The notes: generated by a model not told the origin, from the letters alone. A DNA stretch of 64,000 bases from Promethearchaeota archaeon (GCA_048939015.1 JBHLPW010000009.1:1-64000); one strand, 5' to 3'; shown: positions 17,847-28,534, numbered from the stretch's first letter. Numbers and translations are program-made.

Positions 17847-19250
17847 ATGTCAGAAATGGATGTTTTTTTTCACCCAAAATCGGTTGCCATAATTGGAGCA
17901 TCCGATAGTTTCAAATTCGGCTATACGACAACAAAATACTTATTAGAATCCAGATTTAAAACGTTTCCTGTTAATATCAAGAAACAAGAAATTCATGGTC
18001 ATAAAACGTATAAAAATATTATTGATATTCCTGAAGAAATAGATTTGGCGATAATTCTGATAGGAAATGAATTTGTCCTTCAAGCAGTAAAAGACTGTAT
18101 AAAAAAAGGTGTAAAAGGGATAATAATTGAATCTGCTGGTTTTTCAGAGACAGGTGAAGAAAGATATATAGAACTTCAAAATGAAATTGAGAAAATAGCT
18201 AGTGCATCTGAAGTTCGAATTATAGGGCCAAATTGTATAGGGGTGACTGACTTTAACAATCAATTCACAACCGCTGATATGAGCTTTGATCAAGCAACTC
18301 GCGGTAAAGTAGCAGTTATAGCACAATCCGGGGTTCTGGGAAATATATTTATTGATTGGGCTACAGATAAGGGGATTGGATTTTCTAAGACTATAACCAT
18401 TGGTAATAAAGTAGATGTTGATGAGGTTGATCTACTTGAATATTTAAATCAGGATCCTGAAACAGAAGTTATAACCCTTTATTTAGAAGGTACGAAAAGA
18501 GGAAAGAAACTAAAAAAAACTTTAGAATATATGAATAAACCTGTTTTAATTCTTAAAAATGGAAAAAGCGATTTAGGATCAAAAGCAGTTAATAGTCATA
18601 CAGGATCTATTGCAGGAGATAACAAAATCTATAATGCGCTTATCATGCAGAATCATAGAATATTTAGAGTAAACAACTTTTATGAGATGTTTAATATAGC
18701 ACATGTATTCGCTAATCAACCTATACCTAAAGGTAAAAATGTTGTTATAATCACCGGTTCTGGAAGTTTAGGTGCTCTGGCATGTGATGAGATCGAAAAA
18801 CAAGGCTTAAACCTCGCACATTTGAGTGATAAAACCATTTCTCAAATAAAATCAGTAATTCCGAATTGGGTTTCTATTAGAGGTACGATAGATCTAGGTC
18901 CTTCTATCTTTCAAACATTTGAGCCGTCAGCAAAAGCAATTTTTGCTGATAATAATGTAGATTGTATCTTATACATTTTTTCAATTCCTCGATGGCCATT
19001 ACAAATGATGGGCAAGATGGCTAAAAGTTGGGCAAAACAACATTTTGAACTTATTAAAAATTTGACCCAAAATTATGAAAAGCCATGTGTGTGTGTATGT
19101 TTTGGTTCTGGATGGACTTTTAATTTTCTTAGAAAAGCGGCATCTTCAACGAATTCAGAAATAATTATTCCAATAATGAGCAGAATTAAACATGGCATAA
19201 AAGCCTTTAATATGATGTATGAATTTGGTGAAACTATGAAGCTAGATTAA
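17847..19250 (+). CDS. Acyl-CoA synthetase (NDP-forming), alpha-subunit-like CoA-binding protein
   Basis: FFHPKSVAIIGAS, ESAGFSETG, RIIGPNCIG, AQSG, GNKVDVDE, SHTGSIAG phospho-His motif. Confidence 0.9.
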   Translation: MSEMDVFFHPKSVAIIGASDSFKFGYTTTKYLLESRFKTFPVNIKKQEIHGHKTYKNIIDIPEEIDLAIILIGNEFVLQAVKDCIKKGVKGIIIESAGFSETGEERYIELQNEIEKIASASEVRIIGPNCIGVTDFNNQFTTADMSFDQATRGKVAVIAQSGVLGNIFIDWATDKGIGFSKTITIGNKVDVDEVDLLEYLNQDPETEVITLYLEGTKRGKKLKKTLEYMNKPVLILKNGKSDLGSKAVNSHTGSIAGDNKIYNALIMQNHRIFRVNNFYEMFNIAHVFANQPIPKGKNVVIITGSGSLGALACDEIEKQGLNLAHLSDKTISQIKSVIPNWVSIRGTIDLGPSIFQTFEPSAKAIFADNNVDCILYIFSIPRWPLQMMGKMAKSWAKQHFELIKNLTQNYEKPCVCVCFGSGWTFNFLRKAASSTNSEIIIPIMSRIKHGIKAFNMMYEFGETMKLD

Positions 19251-19325
19251 CCTAGAAACATATTATTTGATAATATTTATTAAGATATCGAATAATTTAA
19301 TAATTAAGCAAATTCAAATCTTATT

Positions 19326-20174
19326 TTGATTAACATGAATAGAAAATCAAAAATTATCTTTTTTACTGTAGCCTTACTAATTTTATTTCCAATAATTGCT
19401 TTATTTTTCTCTCTTGTCATAGCTGAGAATGCTCCTGATCTGACTAAATTAATACCTCTACCTAATTCGTTTTTTGATATTTTTTCTCTATTTATCCTAT
19501 CACCATTGTTGATGATTATTTTTGTACAATTTCTTTCAGGAATATTAGCTTATATTCTCTTTAAGATGCATAATATTATCAAATTTAGGCGTTATGATTA
19601 TGCAATTTTTAACAATGTTGAGAAAAATTTGAATAAAAGTGAATATTTAATTAGAGCTTTTTTACTTGGCTTTTTCGCATTTGCTGTAGGTGAAGTACTA
19701 GTTGAATCGATAAGTCGAGAGACAATAATTCCATATGGTGTTGAAGATACAAGTCAATTTTTGTATGTTATCATCTGCACTTTATTTGTTTTACCAATTT
19801 TAAGTTTAATAGCAATACCAGTTTGGATTTTACTAGATAGTGGAATACTTTGTTCACGAAAGAGAAATAAAATAGGTCGGCAAAAATTACCAGATATTGA
19901 AGGTGTTTATCGTACATTTCAGGGTTTTATTAATGGTTATGTTGGAATTGCCACTCTTTTAGCAATATTTTTACTTATTACAGCAGATATTAGTGAAATT
20001 GGAAGTGATATTGGATTTATTCCATTTATGTTTATTGCTCCTTTTGTATCTACAGCAATTTGTTTTTTACCTCTTCTATTTTACGACTGGCAATTAAAGA
20101 ATTTACGTGAGAAATTTATTGCACATTTAAAAAAAATCGATATAAAAACTATTGACGATATAAGCAAAATATGA
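19326..20174 (+). CDS. Multi-pass membrane hypothetical protein
   Basis: About 6 hydrophobic segments; WILLDSGI motif; no recognised family. Confidence 0.6.
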   Translation: MINMNRKSKIIFFTVALLILFPIIALFFSLVIAENAPDLTKLIPLPNSFFDIFSLFILSPLLMIIFVQFLSGILAYILFKMHNIIKFRRYDYAIFNNVEKNLNKSEYLIRAFLLGFFAFAVGEVLVESISRETIIPYGVEDTSQFLYVIICTLFVLPILSLIAIPVWILLDSGILCSRKRNKIGRQKLPDIEGVYRTFQGFINGYVGIATLLAIFLLITADISEIGSDIGFIPFMFIAPFVSTAICFLPLLFYDWQLKNLREKFIAHLKKIDIKTIDDISKI

Positions 20175-20328
20175 TCAATTTTGGACCATGTTATTTTTAT
20201 ACTAAATTTCAACATCTTCTTGTTAAATTTCATTACTAGTCTATAAAAATTGGACTCCAAATTTTTTTAATTCAATTAAAATCTTCAATTAATTAAGTAA
20301 AAATATTATAATTTGGAGTGATAGAAAA

Positions 20329-20856
20329 ATGAGTGAAGTATATATTTTTGATATTGCTTGGCACGAAATTGTTGATTGGTTTTTGGTACAGCCAATTTAC
20401 GCTCAAGTTCTTGTATTAATTGGAGTTTTTGCGGTATTAACTCTTGCTGTAATTTTAGTATACTACGTTTTGAAAGGTGTTGGCTACTTAATTTACTATT
20501 TACTAAAAGGAATTTATTACCTTTTAAAAGGAATCGGCTTACTCTTCTATAAAATCTTTGAAGCTTTATATTATGCTATTTCAGGAAAGCCTAAACCTAT
20601 TAAAGAGCCGATAATAGAACAACAAGCACCACTACAGCCACAGGTTGTACAGAAAGTTATGCAAGAACAAGAACCAATTGTTCCAATTCAACAGAGTGAG
20701 CAAGTTGTTCGACCTGAAGTTGGTTTTTGTAGCGAATGTGGTAATAAGTTTTCAGATACAATGCTTCATACTCTACAAGAACGAGGAATTGCTTACTGTA
20801 TTCATTGTGGAAGTAAGAAAACTCAAGAATATCAAATGAGTATAGAAAGTCAATAA
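20329..20856 (+). CDS. Membrane protein with YYxLKG repeats and C-terminal zinc ribbon
   Basis: TM, repeated YYVLKG/YYLLKG/YYLLKG, Q/P-rich linker, FCSECG...YCIHCG. Confidence 0.7.
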   Translation: MSEVYIFDIAWHEIVDWFLVQPIYAQVLVLIGVFAVLTLAVILVYYVLKGVGYLIYYLLKGIYYLLKGIGLLFYKIFEALYYAISGKPKPIKEPIIEQQAPLQPQVVQKVMQEQEPIVPIQQSEQVVRPEVGFCSECGNKFSDTMLHTLQERGIAYCIHCGSKKTQEYQMSIESQ

Positions 20857-20888
20857 TTTTATTTCTTTTTTCCTTTTATATTTCTTTT

Positions 20889-21755
20889 TTATATTAAAGA
20901 TCTTTCAAATAATATTACACCAAAACGTTCATCCTCATCATATTTAAAACCAATTTCCATGAGGAGATTAGCTACTTCAACTTTACAGAAAACTTCAAAA
21001 GTTAAAGATTTGTTAGTTTCCAACTCTTTTTGAATTTGGTATTGAATTAACTCAAAAACTGCCTTGGGTTTTCCATAGGCTATCAACCAAATTTCATTTT
21101 TCAATGGAATTTCATGAGTGAAAAGACTTTGGTATTCCACTATTTGTAAAATCGCTTCTTTATTCCATATCCATGAGCCTTGTTCATCAGTTAAATATTT
21201 TAATGGGATATAAGACCAGCCAACACAAATTTCAGTTCCAGGACCAATATCAAATTTTATATAATATTCTTTTACTTCTTTAACTGTTAGGCTCTCAAAT
21301 TTAAAGGTCATTTTTCTGGATAATTTAATATTATCAGCTTTGGCTTCTACAAGGTCCATGCATTTTTTCTGTTTAAAACCTAATTTTTTAGCCAATGAAA
21401 TTGAAGCGAAATTTTTGGATCCTGTATCATATTGAGCTACCTTAGCTCCAATCTTTTTAGCGTACTCTATAGCATAATTTAGCTGTAATTTTCCAATACC
21501 TTGACCTTGATATGATACTTTTATTCTCCCACCTTCTAACCATGCTATTTCCTTATTATATAATTTTACCCTGCCAAATCCGATTAATTTTGTCTTTTTT
21601 TCATCTTTAAAAGTTCCATAGTTCATACAATCTTTCTCTTGGAGCCACTCTTCGATAACATATGGAATATAATCGTCCCCTTCCCAAATATCCTTACTTA
21701 TATCTTTTATCGCTGGAATATCTTCATTTACTAACTCCCGAAAATATACTTTCAT
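20889..21755 (-). CDS. GNAT family N-acetyltransferase
   Basis: WLEGGRIKVSYQGQGIG acetyl-CoA motif; NFASISLAKKLGF. Confidence 0.85.
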   Translation of the reverse strand: MKVYFRELVNEDIPAIKDISKDIWEGDDYIPYVIEEWLQEKDCMNYGTFKDEKKTKLIGFGRVKLYNKEIAWLEGGRIKVSYQGQGIGKLQLNYAIEYAKKIGAKVAQYDTGSKNFASISLAKKLGFKQKKCMDLVEAKADNIKLSRKMTFKFESLTVKEVKEYYIKFDIGPGTEICVGWSYIPLKYLTDEQGSWIWNKEAILQIVEYQSLFTHEIPLKNEIWLIAYGKPKAVFELIQYQIQKELETNKSLTFEVFCKVEVANLLMEIGFKYDEDERFGVILFERSLI

Positions 21756-21933
21756 AGTAACCCTTTTAAAATCTCTAATCCATTAAACTTATTAATTTGG
21801 TACCCATAAAGAAATTTGTCTTTTTTTTAATCATTTCGAAGCTCACACAAATAATTTTATATATTGATCTGTCAATAAGAATACTAGTAAAAGTAGTTAA
21901 ATTTACGTTAAAAATTATCAAAATTGATTAAAA

Positions 21934-23664
21934 ATGACAGAAAAAATGATGGAAAGTAGTCCATATTTGGAAAAAAAATGGTTGAAATCATATGATAAAC
22001 ATGTAAAGCCACAGATTGATTTAGAAATTTATTCTATATCTGAAATGTGGAAAAGAACAGTAAAAAATTATCCAAACAGTCTATGTTATGACTTTCAAGG
22101 ATCAAAGGCTACTTTTCAAGAAGCTGATAAGTATATTAACAGCTTTGCAAACTTTCTTGTTGAAAATGGTATAAAAAAAGGGGATCGAGTTGCTATCAAT
22201 TTACCTAACCTTCCTCAGTTTATCGTATCATTATTTGGTAGTTTTAAAGCTGGATGTGCTGCTACAGGAATGAATTTTCTATTGCAATCAAATGAAATCG
22301 AATATCAATTAAAAGATTCAGGTGCAAAAGCTATCATTACAACTGATGCCTTTTTTGAAGAAAAAGTTAGAAAAGCTTTATTGACAGGACGAACAGATGT
22401 AAAAATAGTAATTACTACTAATGCGGCCGATATGCTTGATTTAGAACCTGCAATGAAAGAACAATTAATAAAAATTGGGAAAGTTCCTGTCGGAAAGGTT
22501 GAACCAATAGAGGGGATTTTATTTTCTAATTACAATAACATTTTGAACCAATTTAAAAGTGATACCGCTCCTGACATCAAAATAGATCCAGATGATGTGT
22601 TGTTGCTTCAATATACCGGTGGAACAACTGGACCTCCTAAAGGTGCGATCCTAACTCATAGGAACTTGATATCTCTTATGCAGATTATTAATCATTGGTT
22701 TGAGCCAGGTACTAACCCAGGAAATGATACATACATATCTGGTTTCCCGTTTTTTCATCTTGCAGGACTTCAATTCTGCCTTCAAACAACATTTATGGGA
22801 GCTACACAAATTTTAGTTCCCGATCCGAGAGACACTAATTATATGATAAGCAAAATAAAGGAATATGAAGATAGGATATCACTCTTTTATAACGTACCGA
22901 CTCTCTATCTTCTCCTGTTAAAAAATCGAAGATTCAAAAAATTAGATTTGAGTAATGTAAAAGGATATATTTCTGGAGCTGCACCTTTTGCTACAAAAAA
23001 TATCAAAGAATTTGAAGATGTTGTTGGAAAGGGAAAAGTCATTGAAGCTTATGGGATGACAGAGAATTCTCCAGGAGTAACTATGAATCCATATCTTGGA
23101 CAAAAAAAAATTGGTACTGTAGGAGTTCCCATTCCTAATACGGAAGTAAAAATAGTAGACGTATCGGATAGAAATATTGAAGTACCAATAGGAGAACCTG
23201 GAGAGATCGTAATAAGAGGACCACAGACATTTCAAGGATATTGGAATAAACCTAAAGAGACTGAAAATGCACTTGTTGATGGGTGGTTTTATTCTGGAGA
23301 TGTGGGAGTAATGGATGAAGACGGATATATAACCATAGTTGACCGCACAAAAGATATGATCATTGTTTCGGGATATAAAGTATTCAGCGTTGAAGTAGAT
23401 GATAAAATGAATAAACATCCTGCGATTGAACTTTGTTCATCTGTAGGCGTCCCTGATCCAGATCGCCCTGGATCTGAAATGGTAAAACTTTATGTATTAT
23501 TAAAAGAGGGATATAAACCATCAGAAGAGATTAAAACAGATATTCTGAAATTTGCTCAAGAAAACTTAGCTAAATATAAAGTTCCAAAATTCATCGAAAT
23601 CCTCAAGGAAATGCCTCTAACCACAATTGGTAAGGTAGATAAAAAAATCTTAAGAAGTAGATAA
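21934..23664 (+). CDS. fadD: Long-chain-fatty-acid--CoA ligase (AMP-forming)
   Basis: LQYTGGTTGPPKG, EAYGMTE, GWFYSGD, DRTKDMI, TTIGKVDKK. Confidence 0.9.
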   Translation: MTEKMMESSPYLEKKWLKSYDKHVKPQIDLEIYSISEMWKRTVKNYPNSLCYDFQGSKATFQEADKYINSFANFLVENGIKKGDRVAINLPNLPQFIVSLFGSFKAGCAATGMNFLLQSNEIEYQLKDSGAKAIITTDAFFEEKVRKALLTGRTDVKIVITTNAADMLDLEPAMKEQLIKIGKVPVGKVEPIEGILFSNYNNILNQFKSDTAPDIKIDPDDVLLLQYTGGTTGPPKGAILTHRNLISLMQIINHWFEPGTNPGNDTYISGFPFFHLAGLQFCLQTTFMGATQILVPDPRDTNYMISKIKEYEDRISLFYNVPTLYLLLLKNRRFKKLDLSNVKGYISGAAPFATKNIKEFEDVVGKGKVIEAYGMTENSPGVTMNPYLGQKKIGTVGVPIPNTEVKIVDVSDRNIEVPIGEPGEIVIRGPQTFQGYWNKPKETENALVDGWFYSGDVGVMDEDGYITIVDRTKDMIIVSGYKVFSVEVDDKMNKHPAIELCSSVGVPDPDRPGSEMVKLYVLLKEGYKPSEEIKTDILKFAQENLAKYKVPKFIEILKEMPLTTIGKVDKKILRSR

Positions 23665-23679
23665 TTTTAATATTTATTT

Positions 23680-24285
23680 TTAGATTTTATTCTTTTTTTT
23701 ATTATTGTTATATCTTCTATATAGGCTATAATGCATAAAAAATGCTATTATATAATGACCGATAAAACACGAACAATATCCATAAAATAAAAAAATATAA
23801 CCTAAATATAATCCCATCAAGAATGGATAAATTAAATTTATCAAAAGCAATTTTAAGTTTTTAAAGGAAAACCATATATGAATGTGATAAAGGGAAAAAG
23901 CTAAACTTGAAATTAGGATGCTTATGTAATAATTCAAATTCAATAAAGAATTTAAAATGCCGATTGAATAATATCGAAAAATTAGCTCCTCCATTATCAT
24001 CGTAATTGAAAAAAAAAACAATACAAATCCTCTCTTTTCTTTATTAATAAATGAATCTATCAAATCGTGATTTTTAATTAATTCAAAAAGACGGCTATCA
24101 TAAGCAAAATTTTCTATTAAAATTCCAATGAGTAAAAGCAGTAATATACCTGAAATTAAGACTGTAATTGATGTTAAATTAGATTCTCTTATTGCGAAAT
24201 ATTCAATAAAAACCTGAAAAAATATGGGAATAATTAATATTATTGTTGTAAGGCAAATAATAACGTATTTCTTGAAATTTTTCAC
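23680..24285 (-). CDS. CPBP-family (Rce1/Abi-like) intramembrane glutamic endopeptidase
   Basis: EELIFR, FSLYH, GHYII motifs in a multi-TM protein. Confidence 0.8.
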   Translation of the reverse strand: MKNFKKYVIICLTTIILIIPIFFQVFIEYFAIRESNLTSITVLISGILLLLLIGILIENFAYDSRLFELIKNHDLIDSFINKEKRGFVLFFFSITMIMEELIFRYYSIGILNSLLNLNYYISILISSLAFSLYHIHIWFSFKNLKLLLINLIYPFLMGLYLGYIFLFYGYCSCFIGHYIIAFFMHYSLYRRYNNNKKKNKI

Positions 24286-24319
24286 AATTAAATAAACCTA
24301 ATTATTTACTATGTAATGA

Positions 24320-24604
24320 TTAACCAGGGTAATCATTTTTTGAACCCATAAGTGTAGTAGTTTCTTCTACCCATTGAGATAAATCTTTATCTACTCTACA
24401 ATAAGTAACAATTTTATCAATATCGCTCAACTTAGAAAATGAACATTCTACTATAACATCCCATCCACCATAAATTGGAGTGGCATAGGTAATTCTCCAA
24501 TTTTCATCTGGTTCAGTAGATTTTAAATTGGTTAATTTTTCAACAACTTTCCATTCTGTTCCAATTGCTTTTAGACGAATAAGTATGTATCCTCGATAAT
24601 AGAT
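24320..24604 (-). CDS. Stand-alone Lrp/AsnC ligand-binding (RAM)-type domain protein; not in ORF track
   Basis: Open frame (I)YYRGYILIRLKAIGTEWKVVEKL...ITYATPIYGGWDVIVECS...VEETTTLMGSKNDYPG*; apparent ATC start 6 nt after AGGTG, with an in-frame TAA two codons upstream. Confidence 0.75.
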   Translation of the reverse strand: MYYRGYILIRLKAIGTEWKVVEKLTNLKSTEPDENWRITYATPIYGGWDVIVECSFSKLSDIDKIVTYCRVDKDLSQWVEETTTLMGSKNDYPG

Positions 24605-24747
24605 AACTTACACCTTTAATCTAATTTTAGAAAAAATTAATAATTCTCCTTCACAGAATTCCCTTTTTTTTGATTGGAATATATTTAAGTAATTTAACGT
24701 TTCTATTATAAATTATTCCTATAAAATGTAGATTAGGTAATACAATT

Positions 24748-26265
24748 ATGTCAGACTTATTTGAAAAGTTGGAAAAGATTGTCTCTGAAAAGTATATTTC
24801 TAATGATATTTATGTGCGTCATGCTTATTCTCGTAATGTAGATATTGTTTTACAGGGAGTTCCTGATATTGTTATAAGACCTAAAGATGCACAAGAAATA
24901 TCAGAAATTCTTAAAGTTGCAAATGAAGAAAATATTTCTGTAATCCCGCGTGGAGCTGGAATATGTGAGTTTGGAGGGAGTAAGCCTATAGGAGATAACG
25001 GAATTGTCTTAGATCTGAAAAGGATGGATAATATATTAAATTTAGATGAAGAAATTCAAGTAGTTACCGTTGAAGCAGGAATTTCTTGGGCCAAATTAAA
25101 CGAATATTTATGTCATTTTGGTCTTTATACAGGATGTATGGGTCCTGGATCTGGAATGAGTGCTTCTATAGGAGGGGGCATCTCACATCATTCTGTGGGT
25201 GGTGGAGGTTGTGCAAAATATGGTGCCTGTACTAACCAATTAGTATCGCTTGAAGTTGTTTTACCCACAGGAGAAATTATTGAAACAGGATCTCAAGCAA
25301 ATAAATTTTCAAAACTACCATTCAATAGATATGGTAATGGTCCAGATTTAGCAGGTTTGTTCTGTGGTGATAATGGAATTTATGGAGTAAAAACAAAAGC
25401 ATCATTACAAGTATTTCCAAAACCCAATTTTGCTGAATATAAAACCTATCAATTACCCAGAAAAGAAAGAGAAGTTTCTGCTAAGATTCTATCTGAAATT
25501 CGACACAAAGGAATTGAAGTTTATGATGCTATGTATATTATGGACCTACTTGTAAGATTTACTACTCAAGAAGGATCTATGCCTATGTGGAATAAATTAA
25601 AAAAGAAAAGAGGACTCATCTTTTATACAATAGAAGCAAATACAGAGATAGAACTGGATGAAAAAGTTAAATTATTAGATAAGATCATGGAAGATAATAA
25701 AACAGAATTTCTAGGAACTGAAATATCTGATGGAAATATAGCTAAATGGCATTATGAGGAACAAGGACATTGGCAATTCTACCACAATTTATGGGGGATA
25801 TTCCCTACAATGCAACCTTTGACAGCTGAATGTTTTTCACCTACCAATCAATATCCCAAAATTTTAGATGATATCGATCAATGGGATTTAGAACATGACG
25901 AAGATATGCGAAAAATATTAAGTGTTGCTGGTAATCGTCCTATTGCTGGAAGTGGACCAATTTTACTAATTGATGGTAATAATGTGGAGATAACTTGTGG
26001 ATTTACCAGCTTTTGGAGTTATTTTAATGGAGAAATACATGATTTTATTGACGATTTAAATCTTTCACTCTGGAAATCATTATTAGAGAGAGTAACTAAA
26101 CATGGGGTTCAATGGTATATGATGGGTGAATTTATGTCTCGTTTAATGGTGGAAATTGGAGCTTATTCAGAGGAATATTATGAATTAATGAAGGCAATTA
26201 AAAAGACTCTTGATCCAAATATGATTTTAAGTAGAGGTAAGTTTAATTTTTGGGGTGATAAGTAA
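24748..26265 (+). CDS. FAD-binding oxidoreductase, GlcD/VAO superfamily
   Basis: PDIVIRP, IPRGAG, LDLKRMDNIL, LEVVLPTGEII, GIYGVKTK, KKTLDPNMIL. Confidence 0.9.
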   Translation: MSDLFEKLEKIVSEKYISNDIYVRHAYSRNVDIVLQGVPDIVIRPKDAQEISEILKVANEENISVIPRGAGICEFGGSKPIGDNGIVLDLKRMDNILNLDEEIQVVTVEAGISWAKLNEYLCHFGLYTGCMGPGSGMSASIGGGISHHSVGGGGCAKYGACTNQLVSLEVVLPTGEIIETGSQANKFSKLPFNRYGNGPDLAGLFCGDNGIYGVKTKASLQVFPKPNFAEYKTYQLPRKEREVSAKILSEIRHKGIEVYDAMYIMDLLVRFTTQEGSMPMWNKLKKKRGLIFYTIEANTEIELDEKVKLLDKIMEDNKTEFLGTEISDGNIAKWHYEEQGHWQFYHNLWGIFPTMQPLTAECFSPTNQYPKILDDIDQWDLEHDEDMRKILSVAGNRPIAGSGPILLIDGNNVEITCGFTSFWSYFNGEIHDFIDDLNLSLWKSLLERVTKHGVQWYMMGEFMSRLMVEIGAYSEEYYELMKAIKKTLDPNMILSRGKFNFWGDK

Positions 26266-27501
26266 ATGAGTGAATTGAAACATTTAAAGGAAGAATGGAA
26301 AGCAGTATTTTCTTGCATGGGTTGTGGGGATTGTGGATATGCTATTAGACCTGCTGTTGGTAGATATTTAACATGTCCTGTTAAGGAAGCAAAAGGAGAA
26401 GAAGCATTTGAGATAAACTTCTCAAGAGGGAGAATGAATGTTCTTAAAAGTCTTTTAGAAGGTCAGATTCCTTTGAGTAAAAAACTTGCTGAATGGGTAT
26501 ACGAATGCTCAGAATGCGGGAGCTGTACTGAAGTTTGTCATATGACGCAAAATGAGAATATTATTCTTCCTACCTGTAATTGGATCGATCATATTAAAGT
26601 TTGGGAAGCCTTGAGAAAAGATTTAATTGAAGCTGGTTTTGCACCACTAGATCGTCATAAAACTATAACCGATTATATGAATGATGACTCTATGAAAAAT
26701 CCTTACGGAGAGGAAAGAACTAAAAAATTCGAATGGATAAATGAGTTCCCTGAAATAAAAGACAAAGCGGAGATAATGTTTTTCGGAGGATGTACAATGC
26801 CGTTGAGACAAATTGATACATTAAAGAATATGATGAAAATTTTAAATGCTGCTGGTCTTGAAATTGCGATGTCCAAGGATGAATGGTGCTGTGGCTCTAT
26901 TGGAATAAGAATCGGGGATGTTTCATCACTAACTGATATGATGAAACATAATATTGAGACTTTTAATAATTTAGGAGCAAAGACTATATTTACTGCTTGT
27001 GCGGGATGCTATAGAACATGGAAAAAAGATTATCCAGAATTAATCGGAGAACCTTTACCATTTGAAGTGAAACATGTAACCGAAGTTTTAATTGAGTTAT
27101 TAAACAGTAATCGAATTCCGTTCAAATATGAAGAAGGCGAGAAAATCAAGGTTACTTATCATGATCCTTGCCATCTCGGGCGACATATGAATTTATACGA
27201 GATCCCTCGCGAAGTCATATCTAAAATCCCTGGTATTGAGCTTGTTGAAATGAAAAGGAACCGTAAAAATGCTTGGTGTTGCGGAGCAGGAGGGGGTTTG
27301 AAAAGCCAATTTTCAGATTTAGCAATTGACATCTCCAAAGAAAGAATTAGAGAAGCGATTGAATCTGAAGCTGATATATTAACAACAAGCTGCCCTTTCT
27401 GCATTGGGAATCTTCGCGATGCATATGATGAAATGGCTCCAGATATACAAAACAGGATAAAACTAATTGATATTATAGATTTGATTGCCTCTAAGATATA
27501 A
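26266..27501 (+). CDS. Fe-S oxidoreductase, HdrD/GlcF-like
   Basis: CMGCGDC...CP, CSECGSCTEVC, EWCCG, ACAGC, YHDPCHLGR, WCCGAGGG, SCPFC; starts immediately after the upstream stop. Confidence 0.9.
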   Translation: MSELKHLKEEWKAVFSCMGCGDCGYAIRPAVGRYLTCPVKEAKGEEAFEINFSRGRMNVLKSLLEGQIPLSKKLAEWVYECSECGSCTEVCHMTQNENIILPTCNWIDHIKVWEALRKDLIEAGFAPLDRHKTITDYMNDDSMKNPYGEERTKKFEWINEFPEIKDKAEIMFFGGCTMPLRQIDTLKNMMKILNAAGLEIAMSKDEWCCGSIGIRIGDVSSLTDMMKHNIETFNNLGAKTIFTACAGCYRTWKKDYPELIGEPLPFEVKHVTEVLIELLNSNRIPFKYEEGEKIKVTYHDPCHLGRHMNLYEIPREVISKIPGIELVEMKRNRKNAWCCGAGGGLKSQFSDLAIDISKERIREAIESEADILTTSCPFCIGNLRDAYDEMAPDIQNRIKLIDIIDLIASKI

Positions 27502-27619
27502 GTGATAAAAACCATTAAGTATAAGGCTTTAACCTTTTCTTATACTCAAGTTTAAATATATTTTTTATTATCTTTTATAAAAAGAATTCTATTTTATTCA
27601 AAAAGAAAGAGAAATAACT

Positions 27620-28534
27620 ATGGCTACCAAGATATCTATAGTTGGAAAACCCGAAGTTGGAAAAACAACGATTAAGAAGGTGATTCTCGAAGGAGAAGAC
27701 CCTAGTGAGTTGGTAATGTTCCCTCTTGAGGCTACTATAGGAATTCAGTATTCTGTTCATGATTTTATGGATTTAAGAATCAGTTTATTAGACTCTCCTG
27801 GTCAATCATTGCCAATATTATTGGAGGATGAACAGAAACAATTAATGACGTTCGGAGACACAAGTGCCATAATTTATATTTTCGATTATCCTACATGGAT
27901 AGAGAACTCTCAAGATATCATTGATGATATAAAAAAAATCTATGAGATTAGAAACAAATTAGAAGAAGATGCTAAAATTGTTTTGTTTCTTCATAAAATT
28001 GATCTCCTAATTAATAAGAAGATCGGTAGTATGTTAGCATTAATTAGACGGCAAGTTAAGAAACAATTAGATCTACCAGAGGATTTGCCTATTTATTTCA
28101 CTAGTTTACATCCAAATTTGATTTATACTGTATATAACGCGATATCAGATATATTTAGCAATTTTTCAAAAGATTCTTCAAATCTAAAGGAAATCATAAA
28201 AGAATCAATGAGTAATTCATCTAAAACTATAAGCTTTGTTTCAAATCAAGATGATAATCTTATCATTCAAGTGTCTTCACCTGATTTTGACTCAAGTACA
28301 CTCTATTATTTATATGAGAGAGTCTATCAATCTAGTAGATTAGAAGAAGAAGAAATTTCGAAATACAAGTTTATAAATGCAGGCTCTAAAATATTATATA
28401 TGTTAGGAGAAGATATCAGTAAATATCACTCTAATTTTAAAAATTTAATTATATTCTCAGAAATCTTAGAAGAAAAAGATTTGCGGGAGCTTATTACCAA
28501 CATTAGAGAAAAATTGAATCAATATTATAATTAA
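27620..28534 (+). CDS. Rag/Gtr-like small GTPase with C-terminal roadblock/longin-like domain
   Basis: G1 GKPEVGKTT, G2 LEATIG, G3 DSPGQ, G4 HKID, G5 TSL, as in Rag GTPases. Confidence 0.8.
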   Translation: MATKISIVGKPEVGKTTIKKVILEGEDPSELVMFPLEATIGIQYSVHDFMDLRISLLDSPGQSLPILLEDEQKQLMTFGDTSAIIYIFDYPTWIENSQDIIDDIKKIYEIRNKLEEDAKIVLFLHKIDLLINKKIGSMLALIRRQVKKQLDLPEDLPIYFTSLHPNLIYTVYNAISDIFSNFSKDSSNLKEIIKESMSNSSKTISFVSNQDDNLIIQVSSPDFDSSTLYYLYERVYQSSRLEEEEISKYKFINAGSKILYMLGEDISKYHSNFKNLIIFSEILEEKDLRELITNIREKLNQYYN

